NCBI GenBank assembly: GCA_012295275.1
Contig: CM022670.1
Coordinates: 36,766,001-36,830,000, forward strand
Reading direction: 5' to 3'
DNA: 64,000 nucleotides
Source of the DNA: Chrysomallon squamiferum
Taxonomy: Eukaryota; Animalia; Mollusca
Position 1 is the first letter of the stretch. Every line of letters begins with the position of its first letter. The translations under genes were made by a program, and so were the position numbers. Below the pieces are notes generated by a model. That model was given only the letters and a program-made list of their open reading frames with translations. It searched no databases and was not told the DNA's origin. Below, piece after piece: positions 41,346-55,000 of this stretch.

Positions 41346-41658
41346 GACTGAATTAAAGAACACTAAATACGCTAAACATATTTTGTTATAAGATTCATAA
41401 CCACGTGCTTCCGCTATCTCTCATATTTTGGGATCTAAATGTAGGCTTATGTTACAGATATCCTGATTGGTTGACGCTGTTTGACACCATCAAATAGGAA
41501 TTGTTCATATAAAACCTAAAAGTGAATCACATGATCATATGACATACGCATCATTCGCCATTTTTGATAAGATACTTGTGGGAGTTAACTTGTAGTCCTT
41601 GTTTCTTTGGTATTTTTTGTATCTGTCGCTTTGTGGAAGAGTAACAAATTAAAAGAAA
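41346..41658. promoter_or_regulatory. Bidirectional promoter and 5' UTRs of PWP2 and ATP6V0C
   Basis: 313 bp between divergent ATGs; CACGTG 41402-41407, ATTGG (CCAAT box) 41466-41470, TCACATGA 41527-41534, CGCCATTTT (YY1-like) 41556-41564; locally CpG-enriched. Confidence 0.8.
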
Positions 41659-41734
41659 ATGTATGATGAAAATGCACCACCATATACTTCATTCTTTGGA
41701 GTAATGGGTATAACAGCGGCTATGTCATTTTGCG
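41659..41734 (+). CDS. ATP6V0C: ATP6V0C exon 1
   Basis: [25 protein letters not shown], donor GTAAGT, AAAATG start context. Confidence 0.93.
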
Positions 41735-42890
41735 GTAAGTTCTATGCTAACAAAAACCGGTATCGATCATTCATCATATTAAAATATATTATGTGGCGTA
41801 GCACATATGATTATTAGTAATTATTTTCTTTTATTTCGCGGATCAAAGCACATCACATTTACCTTAGTTAAAGACGTTCAACAAAGTGTTATTTCCTTTT
41901 CAAGATAACACGTCAGTTAATCTTTTAATGTTAATGCGATACAAATTGAAAAAGAAAAGATGGCATAAAATATCAATATGGTGCAAGTTATATGGTGAAA
42001 TTTCATAATTTTAATATTTGCTTCATTTGGAGATTTAAAGTAAATACATTCAAATGATATTTTTAAACAAATGTAAATGGTGTGTCTGAAGATTTCAAGT
42101 AATATATATATATATATCTAAAGCACACTGAATTTTAAAATGATTAATTAAAAAATAGGGAAAAAATACTTAGTGATTATGTTATATATTTTTATATTTA
42201 TATATTTATATATTAACACTGGCACATTTTAGCTATTGGAGCAGCTTATGGAACTGCAAAGTCAGGAACAGGCATTTCTGCAATGGCTGTCATGAGACCA
42301 GAACTCATCATGAAATCTGTCATCCCTGTTGTCATGGCTGGTATTATTGCTATTTACGGGCTGGTCGTAGCTGTTGTGATTTCACAGAATATCAAGGAAG
42401 AAGGGTACACATTTTATAAGTGAGTGAACTTGACACATATTCAAACTAAAATTATAAATAAGTTATCAAAATCCAAAAGCAACAATAATAAATTGAAATA
42501 ATGAACAAGACAAAAAATTGTTTGTAACTACAAACATGTAAAGCATGGCATGTTAATTTTGGTAAACTATTCCGAGTTAAAGACAGATGAAAGAACCTGA
42601 ATAGATGATGCACTTGAAAAAATAAGAAAGAAAAAATATTCAAATACATGAATTTTTTTTTAATGATTTTTTTTTTTTGTAGGAGCTTCCTTCACCTTGG
42701 AGCAGGTTTGAGTGTTGGGCTTAGTGGCCTTGCATCAGGATTTGCCATTGGAATTGTAGGTGATGCTGGAGTGCGAGGAACGGCACAGCAGCCTAGGCTG
42801 TTTGTTGGAATGATTCTCATTCTTATCTTTGCTGAAGTACTGGGTCTTTATGGACTTATTGTTGCCCTCATTCTTTCAGTCAAACAGTGA
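41659..42890 (+). CDS. ATP6V0C: V-type proton ATPase 16 kDa proteolipid subunit c; complete, 3 exons, 156 aa
   Basis: Exons 41659-41734, 42233-42419, 42683-42890 total 471 nt; [79 protein letters not shown] with the proton-carrying Glu. Confidence 0.98.
42233..42419 (+). CDS. ATP6V0C: ATP6V0C exon 2
   Basis: [61 protein letters not shown]; donor GTGAGT. Confidence 0.97.
42683..42890 (+). CDS. ATP6V0C: ATP6V0C exon 3
   Basis: [68 protein letters not shown] then TGA. Confidence 0.97.
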
Positions 42891-44800
42891 TTTCTTGAAT
42901 ACAGAATTAGCTCTTATGAAATCATCTCTGCAGTGAAATAAGGAACTTTTAAGATACTTCAAGAACTTTCTTTCACTGGAGAGTTTGCAGTAATCTCCTC
43001 ATTCTTCCGTTAGTTTTTGACAAGGACAACAGAGGTATGAAGAGATAAAATTTCAAGACACTTGTATTTCAGTTTATTAATTATTGTGGGATTTGATGCC
43101 CCCGAGTTTCCTTTCTTTTTTTTTTCTTTTTTTTTGTATGCACCAGCATTTGTTTCTGAATGAAGGTCATCTAAATATGATATTAATACTAACTGGAATA
43201 AATATGTGGAATGAAGATCAGGTATGTTTACATGTGCTTTTTGTATAATTATGTTCACATGGAAAATATAATACGTAATCTAATAATAATATGGTCTGGA
43301 ATAATAAAAATAATGTGTTGTCAGGTAACAACGAATGGGTATGTGTCGCTATAATTTAATGATAAAGAAATCTGTTTCAAAAACAAAATGTTTTTTTAAT
43401 TACTACTTAATTTACAGTGGATTTAGTGAATCCTCAGGTTTTAGTTTAAATAAGTTAACTGAAATATAAGGTTATGAAATTAAATCGAACAAACTATAAT
43501 GATGTGGCAGTGAACATGCATGCCTTGTTAGACTATTTGACTCCCACCTAGTGAAGTACCCCTTGAATTGTAGGAGAAAAGTAGATTCATTATTCACCCA
43601 CAGATACACCAACCTTCATTACCAACATGCAAGCATTTAGTTTAAATTTCAATGGTTTGTCGAATAATTTCTGTTTTCTTCGGATTGGTGCGTTTAAAGA
43701 AACTTCAGTGGGTAATGATTAGTCTGTAATGCATGCTGTTACATTTTATCATGTTCACTTAGCATGCGATATAATTGAAAACAGGATATTTACACAAATA
43801 TTAAAGTATGAACATGATAAAATATGACAGCTTTCCATCTCGTTCCCTGTCCATGTTGTATGTATATTAAATCGGGCTACATGTGACGTGCAGTCCAATG
43901 TGTGAATTGGTTTTGTAAATTTGTTAAATATATATATAGATAGATGTTACCTACACGGATCAGTTTTACCTACTATGTGTGTGCATTTCTGTCAGCGATC
44001 ATTTTAAAAATAAATATTAGCATATATATTTAGTGACATTAAGTCTGAAATTGTAATAGGATTAATTCGCTATAATTCATGATTCATTTTTAAAAAAAGA
44101 AATTAGATAGCAGGAATATATTTAGCCATTAGTGATCTTGTTACCTTATAAAAGTAACTGGTTTGTCAAAATATGTGATGCATTGCTCAGTAAATTTATT
44201 TCAAAAATTTCAAACCCTATTCTATAATAGAGGTGCTTTTAAAAAAGTTTGTGTAAACATGATACTGATGATTTTTTTAAACAATCATTTTCTTCTACTG
44301 TCTTGGCAAATAAAAGTAATCTTGACAAAGCATTTTTATTTCCAAATAAATGACATTCCATGGAAGAAAGATATTTGTTTAGTTGTATATCTTGCACATA
44401 TTTACTATTGTTATGCATGGTTATTTGAAATAATCTACACTAACAATAAAATAGTAATAATACATCGTTTTTTTTAAATTAAATGTAATTACTTAAAATA
44501 CTTGAGAACTGGATTTCCTGTTCGATACAAATTCAGAAATTTAATATATATATTTAATATTGTCATTTAATTTTATAAATATTGTATGCATCTAGATAAT
44601 GACATAGGGGTTAATTAGCAGTAATATCTTGGTTTCAGTTGCTCAAACTGACCAGAAACAAATTTATCTTGGTCATTGTTTCAAGGGTTTATGTAAAAGC
44701 TATATTGTTAGAAAGAGTTATTTATGTAGGCATGTATTGTTTTCATTGTCATAATGTATACAAAATAAAGCAAAGAATATCATCTAACAGTGTCTGACAG
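42891..44800 (+). other. Probable long ATP6V0C 3' UTR
   Basis: Repeat-poor sequence ending TGTA...AATAAA (44764-44769) followed by a GT-rich tract (44800-44810); earlier AATAAA hexamers (e.g. ~43285, 44308, 44344) are alternatives. Confidence 0.45.
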
Positions 44801-46025
44801 TTTGTTGTTTTATATCCCAGTTATTTTTGTTAGTGCATGAGAATTTTCCTTATTTGTTTAAATATAAAACATTGTCAGAATTGATCACATAAATTGTTAT
44901 TACTAGAGCAGAAAAAAAATTGATTAACACACATACACTTTTCTCAATGTTGCAAGATAGATTTTTTAATTTGTCTTAGGAATGCTATCTGTAATATGCA
45001 CTTAAAACAGAAATTATAATTTGAAAAGTGCTCTAGGACATAATGCATGTGTATTTCAAGTCTTTTGGGAAATCAGCTAAAAATAACAATATTTAACAAT
45101 TGCTGGAATATTTAAATTAATTTTCAGAGATGATAATCAAGATATTTTAATGTATATGAAAATATAGCTGTGAGAGCATTGTTGATGCATTCATTACATA
45201 AAAATTGATGTTATTTGCAATAATGACAAATCAAAACTGGGACAAAATGCTCATGAAACTAAATTTTTAGCAATAACACCAGACTGATAAAAGGACTATT
45301 AAAATTGTGAGTATAAATTCTGCAATATGAATTTATGCAAATATTCTTTTATTATTTTTTTTAAATTATTAAGTTATGTAGTGAAGACTGAACATAAGAC
45401 CACTCCAGTTCTTAAAAACAGGATTAAATACTAGTGTCCTTAAACTGTGAGACACACTGAGATCCTATTGAACTGCATGAGTGAAGAAAAGGCAGGTCAG
45501 CCAGGTTGAATCACCAGGCGTAACATCACGAGTGAAGAAATAACAAAACTATTTATAATCTGTGAATATCAGATTCAAAAGTAAATTGCATTCCTGTGAA
45601 GCAGTATGAAAATCATTATTTAATAAATAATTGTGGCCAAATTGATATATTCAGAAAATTGTTTTGATTGAGAAGACAAAACTGAATTAAAAGATAATTT
45701 TATTCAGACATGTTACTTCCACACACTTTTACTATGATCTACTATAGTTTCTGTCATTCTGTCAGCAGATCCATCCTGTGAACACATTTTACGAGTTACA
45801 AACTCTTAATATTTTGTGCTTATGAACAGTACATATTTGATTATGATAATTTAGGAAGTTGGATTATTCGTGTTACCTTTTCATTAGGAAAATTTTATTA
45901 TTCTCTATGACATTTCTCCTTACAGTGGAAATAATTACAAAACTTTTCCTGTTTAGATCCTAATTTCTAGTGTTAGAAATTATTAATTCTATTTGTCAAA
46001 TGACAGATTTGTTTCTTAGAGTCCT

Positions 46026-46127
46026 TTACTTGTCTCTTAAAGCTTTTTCCAAAAGTTCATGCAGTCGCTGAACCATACCACGTGTGTCGTCAACCAGACC
46101 AGCATTAATCATAGCATTCTCAAACAA
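46026..46127 (-). CDS. TRAP1: TRAP1 terminal exon
   Basis: [33 protein letters not shown] then TAA; TTTTTCAG acceptor; AATAAA at 45894-45899. Confidence 0.93.
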   Translation of the reverse strand: MFENAMINAGLVDDTRGMVQRLHELLEKALRDK

Positions 46128-48420
46128 CTGAAAAACAAAATAATTCATAAATTATATCACATTTTTATAAATAATAGATAATAACATTTATAATTAAACT
46201 AAATGAAAATCATTTGTGACACATAGAGACACACATAAACCAATTTTTTATTTTTTTAAATTAACATAACTTTCAAAATTGTTTATGAAAAGAAAACATG
46301 TATTTAGTTTGAAGCATTATAAAAAAAAAAAAAAAAATTTTGTTTTAATTATTTAAATATTTTCTGTAATAATATTTTCTCATTTTATGCACAATGCAAA
46401 AAAAAAAACCCCAAAAACAAAATATATTCTATTAATACACAAAACATAAAATTACACAGTGAATACAGGACATTCAGCCTGTCATGTGTGTGGCAAAACA
46501 GTTTAAATTCATTAAGAATTAATGGGACGCTCCAAGCATTATAATTTATGCTGGCAGGACCTACATGTCTGTGTACTTTGCTATGCTGAACATCTGTGTA
46601 GACATACAATGTGCAGGGATATTTTTCCTGTAGTAAATTCAGTTCACCTAGAACATGACTAGGTTGTTTAGCTGTTATCATGCTTTGTAAAATCTACACT
46701 TGTGGACACAAAACTAGATCAGTCTGTAACAACATTCACCCCAGAACACTGAAGAAATGAGGCACAGTGTTTCTATTAATAGGAGTATAAAATCAAGACA
46801 AGGCTGTTTGTAACTGATACCTTATAAATTTAAAAATAAAAAATAAACAAAACTGATTATGTTCCCAGAAATAAACTTTTTAAAATGTGCGTTCTGTTAT
46901 GTGTTTGCTCTTTTGAATTCAAAATACAAAGTTCAGTATTTTGGAAGATTATTTCTTTAAAATGACTAGTATCTGTAATTAAATTAAAATGATAACAAAT
47001 GGCTATTAATGTTTTAACACTTAAGTTCAAGAAAAGTTTTTACTTTATATTTCAAGTGATTTTGGAAAATCAGCTAAAAATAATAATATTTAACAACTGC
47101 TGAAGAATAAATTTAAACACTGCTTCCACTGAAATGATAGATTTCATTTTGACAGTTTACTAATTATAATAGAATACCTAACACACTTAACTGAAGTTAG
47201 TCTGAATTTCATCTTTATAATAGCCACACTGTATTCAATAGATATTTCTAATTTAAATATATATCATGTACTGATACAATTTATATCAATTTCATGTAAG
47301 AGAAAGAATTTTTTAATAGTTGTCAAACGATCAATATTCTATAATATGTTTTATAAATGACTAATTAATTACCATATAACTCGTTCTGGATTTTGCAACT
47401 GGAATAAGTAAGATGCAGATACAAATAACTACCCATTCCATTGTTACTCTATGAAGCTGTCTGTCAGTATGGTTGCTAATCTAACAAACATACTTTAGGT
47501 AAAATCAAGAAACATTGATTTTTGGGACTAACCAGACTTCTTCATTGAATAAAACTAATCAGATTTGTCTCTCAGTCAAACCATCTATTTTCATCTTCAT
47601 TGTTTATACAATAAAACAGCAGGGCACACTAAGAGTTTATTTACTGAATGATATTCATTTATATAATTAAAATACTAAAATTATACACAAAAAGCTTGTG
47701 ACAAAATTAAAGAAGATCATCTGAACTGTAATTACAAATTAGCAAAATGAAAAAAACAAATGAGATGTAATAGGAAATCATCAGAATGTTCAATAGGCCA
47801 TTAACATACAATTCTATCCATCTATCACACTTTTCCAATAAGTAAATAATTAATCACGTATCAGTAATCGACATGCATATTTCGTCACTAATACGATGGT
47901 TAATTATCATCAAATGATTATCATCAATTTTAAGCCAATTGAGCACTTTCCATAACTAAATGTTTGACTTCATATATCTAATCAGTACATAACTTACTAG
48001 TGAACATAACAGATATTTTTAACTGTTATCTAAAACAGGTAGTTCTGAGTAACATGATGTGACTTCTCTAGATTCTGATTATTTTCTAATCAATATTCCT
48101 TCCAACAAGATGTAAGAGGTATCAAATATTCATTGTTATTTTATTTATGTCTGCTCCTTTCATTCTTCTCCATCCCTTTACCTTAGTTAAAGACGTTCAA
48201 CAAAGTGTTATTTCCTTTTCAAGATAACACGTCAGTTAATCATTTAATGTTAATGCGATATAAATTCAAAAAGAAAAGATGGCGTAAAATATCAATATGG
48301 TGCAAGTTATATGGTGAAATTTCATAATTTTAATATTTGCTTCATTTGGAGATTTAAAGTAAATACATTCAAATGATATTTTTAAACAAATGTAAATGGT
48401 GTATCTGAAGTTTTCAAGTA

Positions 48421-48459
<39 letters not shown>

Positions 48460-51400
48460 CACATTGAATTTTAAAATGATTAATTAAAAAATAGGGAAAA
48501 AATACTTAGTGATTATGTTATATATTTTTATATTTATGTGCCTGCACATGTGCATTTCTTTTTTGTATGTGTCAATAAAAGGAAAGATTCATTGAATAAT
48601 ATGCCACCAGTCAATAAATAAAAAAAAAAATAAATGAAAAAAAAAAAGAAAAAAAAAGAGAAAACTGTATTAAATAAAAACAGTTGTTTTCATCTGCATA
48701 ATAAGTTGATTTAATTGTAAACATGGAATAAATTGAAATCCTCATCTTGTATTTTTATATTTTCAAAGACTATTAATAGATTAGTAAATAAAAAGTGACC
48801 ATGCAGAAATTAATATACAAATGAAAAATAGAATCCAGGCACATTCCTACAGAAAATGAAATGACAAAAACACATTATATCGGACACAACACAGACTCAT
48901 TCATATAGAAAATATGATAAAAGACATCATATGGAACATAACCCAGACCCATTCCTGCAGAAAATGAAATGATAAATACACCATATGGAATCTAATGCAG
49001 GCCAAGTGATATTGAAAATGAAATGATAAAAACACACCATATGGAACACAACACAAGCCCATTCATATAGTGAATGAAATGGTCAAAACATGTATGAAAC
49101 ATAATCCTGTGCCATACTACATCGAAAACAACATAAAATGCAGAAAATTATAATATCTGTTGGTAATATTAATATCAATTCACACAATCAATAATACCAC
49201 CTTGTATGGATGTAGCATGTCATTGGAGTAAAATATTATTTAAAACCCAGCATCCTTTCATTCATAAACAAAATATATTTCTCTTTTACTAAGGAATTAA
49301 TGTAGAATCTTTCGACATTTTATATAATATATATTTTATCTAAATGCAACCTCATTTTCTTGGTTCTACAGTGAACTGTTGGTGCATGGCCACCTTAGGC
49401 CACACCTTTGTTAAGTTAACACAAAGTATTGTTATTTTTAGCTAAGCATGCACTGGGTTTCAACGGAGAAAAAAGTGTAAGTCACGAAATTTCAAGAAGA
49501 CAAGACAAGATTCAGTCCAGATCAATTTTCTCTCTTCCTGACTTCCGAGGAGTTATTTTCACATTCCAGTAATGATCAGGTAGTTTTAAACAGTTTTAGT
49601 ACTAAACGAAGACTGACAATCCTCCATATGGTTTTGTCCATTTTCTTTCAATAAAGATGGATTTTTTTGTTGTTGTTTCTTTAAATATGTAACTGCACTA
49701 AATTAAGTGGTGCTAAAAACACTAGATACTAATTATAAAAATTAAATCAAAAATACTTTCTGAAGATAAATATATATATATATATTTATGATTCTTTTGT
49801 TTTCTCTGTTAGATAAACTATTAAGAACAGTAGTAGTATGAAACCACAGATTAAAGTCAATTACAGATAAAAAAAAAAAAAAAAAGAAGTGTGTTTTAAG
49901 AAATATTCATGTTATTTCAGAGAAGTCTTGCATGACTCTCTGGTAAAGTGATTTCTAACTGGCCCTAGTATTTTTCATCCACAACTGCCAATAACAGAAA
50001 CAAATTACCACGACATCCCGTTTAAAGAAAGGATTTCTCAAACACTATTTGCATAAATCAATGCTGAAGCCAGAGCTTCTGGCTGAAGAATCCATTCCAG
50101 CCGTTCAGCCAGGCAGGCCTTTCTGCTGCTGTGGTGTCTTACTGACCAAGAATAGCCAACAGCTTATTGATTTTCCTGGGTTTCTGCAGTGTCAGCACCA
50201 GCCACAGTTCTTTCTTTCTGGCTTGCTGGAAAATTCTTCAAAAGGACAAAATTGTGGGAGTGTCGTTGTCGTGTGTTATTTTCAATAACAAGCTTTAGAG
50301 TCAGTCGTTTTAGATTTTTTTTTCACCCTCTCTGCTTCATCTAACAATTCTTCTGATGTAGATATTGAACATGGAAACGATAATCATTTCAAATCAATTT
50401 CCAAGTCAAGCAGTAAATTAATACATAACAAGTCTGGTCAGAAGAGAAAATATATAATAAATATAACTGTTACAAATAGAGATCTGTTGGAAGAGAATAC
50501 ATCTTAAGTATTGCAGTAATATTGTTTGCTAAACTATGTTTCCATCTACTAAAATGAGATGCATTTATAGTAATGTTAACTCATCCATCACCATGAATGA
50601 AATCACTAATCAACCTGTGAATTATAAAATGTCTGAAATTAGCCATTCTAGACTGTCTAAAAATAGAACATCAATACATTCTCACTATTCATCTCTCAGA
50701 TTTTATGACAAAAAACTGCCAATATATATCTTTTTTCTTTGCATGATTACTTTACATTAGGAAACAAAAATCAATGGTTCCTTGAAATCTGTAACTATCT
50801 ATGAATAACAAACTGGTGGAAAAATTTCAGATATTATAATTATTTTCTATTATTAGTTTGTTATAGAATAGCATGATCAATTTGTTATTGATTGTTATAT
50901 AATATTTAAATGCTGTAATATATCTATATCTATTCAGTTTGGCTGTAAGTAGCTTAAAATAGTATTCAGTGTTAATGTCTAACATTAAATTAATATGAAC
51001 AAGTAAACAAGCAAGTATGAAATGCCCGAGGGTATTTCTTATCACTGGAATTAATGACTAGCTTAGCAGAAAATAGCTTCTTTGCCTTTCAGTTACATAA
51101 CAGGGTTATATACTGTGCATTGTGCATGGGACAGTGGTGTCTTTGTAATAGCCAATACATCTGGTCTTCTCTATGTTAAAATATTTTTAAAAAATAGTAA
51201 TAAAAGCAACAACAAAAATAACTAATAATAGTAATAATAATAGTAGCTGTTATATTAATAAGAATAACAATAAGAATAATAATTCCACTTCTAATCCATA
51301 AAAAACAACAACACACTCACTTCAAAAATGTATATATATATCCTCCAAAATGTCATAATAATAATAATAATAATAATAATAATATAATAATAATAATAAT

Positions 51401-51812
51401 AATAACAACAACAACAATTTTACTTCCAAAAATAAGAACACACTTCCATCAAAAACTAAAATATCCTCCCAAAAGGCAACAAATAAATGATGATGATGAT
51501 GAAATAAAGCATACCCCTAAAAGAAAGAAAAATAATGAAAACAGAAAAGACTGTAATAAAGTTACGTAATATATTTACACACATTTCAATATGTTGATAT
51601 TGTTTCATAACATGCTAACACTAATGACTGTTTATTTACATCAGTTTAACACATGTTACGTCCACATTAAATATACACACACAGCTGCCTACACCAAACA
51701 ACAAGCCTTTCAATTATTCCACTGCAAAGTATTATTTAAAAATACCTATCCTTCCCATTTACTTTTATAGTAATTAAATAATATTTAAATAAATAAACAA
51801 ATAAATAAATAA

Positions 51813-51843
<31 letters not shown>

Positions 51844-52032
51844 TTCATAATAAGAAGAAGAAGAAGAAGAAGAAGAAGAATGGTGGTAGTAGTAGTAGAA
51901 GTCAAAATAGCAATACAAGTACCAGTAATATAATAAATACATAAATAAATAAAAATAATTAGTCTTTTATTTTAAAGTATGACTAGTGACATCTTCGATC
52001 TTCTATTTCTACTGAATGAAAAATAATTATTA

Positions 52033-52064
<32 letters not shown>

Positions 52065-55000
52065 TTCTTATAATACTGAAATATTAAGTGTAATAACAAA
52101 GCTTATTTTAGACTAGTTTTAATCTAACATTATAATCTGGTATACACCAAGATTAATTTCAAATCATTTCATACTGGATCACTTAGCTAGTATTATTCAG
52201 AAACAACTGAATCCACTAGCAATCGTTTAACATGTTCTGTTCATTTTGATAACAAAAGGATCAACAACTTTGATGACATCTGCAGCCATTAATTTAGAAA
52301 TAAATAGATACAATATTAATGTGTTCTATGCATTTATGTGAGAAAAGGTAAATATCGGTTTGTTTTAAATACTTTTAAAAAGAAATGTTTACAACGTGTA
52401 AGAAAAACAATACAAAAAACAGGAGCCTATTTCTGTTTGATCCTTTGACTAAGAATTAACTGGACTGAGATTAAAAATATTGTATTTATGCCTTTAAAAA
52501 ATATTAGAAATTTATACACATTCTTTTCTTGTGGTCACCTCTCTATGATGGATGTTCAAGAAGTGGAAACAGAAAGAATTTATGCATCCTCATTCCCAGT
52601 GGAAAAACCAAGAATGTTGTCTAAACTGCTGCCTTATGGTGATCTCAAAATGATTGTCACAGTTATATTTTATAGCCTGTACTGTTTATTCAGTAAACAG
52701 TTTAATTATTAAAACACATTTTTTTATTAATCTAAATTCATGCTAATTCCGTTACAAATGAATCGCCAAGCTACCACTTAACAAGTTCTATTCACTGATA
52801 TGACAAATTATCAACTTCCTAGTATTAATCTGTTTATGTGAGAAAAGCTAGACATTGTCTGTTTTAAATGCTTTAAAAAGAAATGTATACCAGGTGTTTT
52901 ATGGTCAGTTTACTGAAAAGTGCTTACTCAGCATACATTTAAAAAAACAAAAAAATGTTGTACTGTTGTAAAGGTATCCTTATTAGACAACAGCTGCAAT
53001 TTCACATCATGATGAATTTTCTAAGTGTTACTGTCACTCCTACAAATATGTGTCTTGAAAACAGGTGTATGTCAAAATAATCTGACTATGTTATTAAAAC
53101 ATGAAAGATATTTTATTTTGTATGTTTTTTTTTAAAAAATTGAGTTTTTAAAAAAGGTAATTTTTATTCATCATCAATGATATTATTGTCTCCTTGTAAG
53201 TTAAGTTATACATATTTATGATGTGCTATGACATAAAAATAATTTATATTAATTATGTTATAACAATAATTAAAAACTACTGAGAAAAAATTGCTTTCAC
53301 ATAAAGCCCAAATTGTGAAAGAACTAAAAAAAAATAATGATGTCTTCTATATATTGTTCTTGTTTATGGGAATGCTCTAACGAAGATCCTCACTAAATTC
53401 TGTGTCCTGAATATTTATTACATTGAAACTTCTCTAAACTGGAATTCCCTCAAAACAAAATGATTTGTATGGTCTTGTGAATCATTAAGTGTGTAAATGT
53501 AAAACCCCAATAAACCAAACATCTCTCCAATGTGAACTTTTACTTAGTCCTGTCACTGTCGAGAAATTTCACTGTATACTTATATTTTTTTCAAATGTTT
53601 TTTCAATGTCCTAGTAACCAACATTATCTTTAATAAATGTCCTTTGGGTACACCCACTAGCACTTACTCAATGTCATTATCAATCAGATGACAAACCATG
53701 AGTGATAAAATTAACAAGTATGACGTACATTAGAGTACATTTGTGACACAGATCACAGAGAAAAGTAGTTTAAAGTGTATGAAACACACACAATTACAAA
53801 ATACAAACAGTTATATGCAAATAGCGTGATTTGAAAAATGAAATAAGAATATATTTACATAAATTAAAACAAAAACAACAGGTCATCCCAACACATATCT
53901 GTCATACAAGTTTTTTTAAATTTTTGTATGAACAGAGGTTTGTAAAAATTTAACTAAACTGTGCAAAACCATATACATAGCTACCATATTAAATTAAACA
54001 AGTCTTTAATCTCTTGAAAAAAAAAAAAAAAAAAAAAATTAAAAAAGAAAAAATTAGTTAACATAAGTTTTTATTTAAATTAGAAATAACACACACATTG
54101 AACAAAATGCTGAATATATTTAAATTGTGCATAAAGGAAAATTTAAAAAAAAAAAAAAAATAAAGAATTATTAAAATTTAAAAAATAATAAATTTACTAT
54201 TAAAAGACAGCTTTATATATTTAACAGGTTAAACTTTACACTTATGCACAAACAAAGGAATATAAAAAGCAATTTTAAAACATGATTCCACACAGTAAAA
54301 CAGTTTTTGTAGGTTATGATAATTAGCGCTCAAGAACAGAATTCACCGAACCACTGACCATCAGTGCTGAAATCAAATGACAAGGTGACTTCAGAGGACA
54401 TACACACCTCAAGACATTAACATATTTTTTTATTAGGTTACTATCCAAGTAAAATGACCTGATTGTTTTTATTTTTTTTAAAGTAAAATTATATAAAACA
54501 AAATTATCTGTTTCATTCCTAGTAAAATCACTTCTGTTTGCAAAGTAAAAATTATCAATTTTTATCAATAATAATAATAAAAAAAAAAATGTATAGTAAT
54601 CCATGTATTATCACAAATGTGCATCATAATATACCAGATATTTATAATAATTATCTATTTCATTCCTAGTAAAATCACTTCTGTTTGCGAAGTAAAAATT
54701 ATCAATTTTTATCAATAATAAAATAAAAATAAAAATGTATAGTAATCCATGTATTATCACAAATGTGCATCATAATATACCAGATATTTATAATAATTAT
54801 TATTAAATTAACCAACTCCAGCCTTGGAATATTTGAAGCAAATATTTACTGTATAAAATGATGAATTAATTGATTCTACTGGTGAAGAACATGGGACTGT
54901 GAGTCTGATATAACTGTGTGTTGTGACAACAAATATATTATGGCATTGCAGGTCAACTTTGTTTATGAACCAGTGTACCATACAAGAAAACTGGTATACT

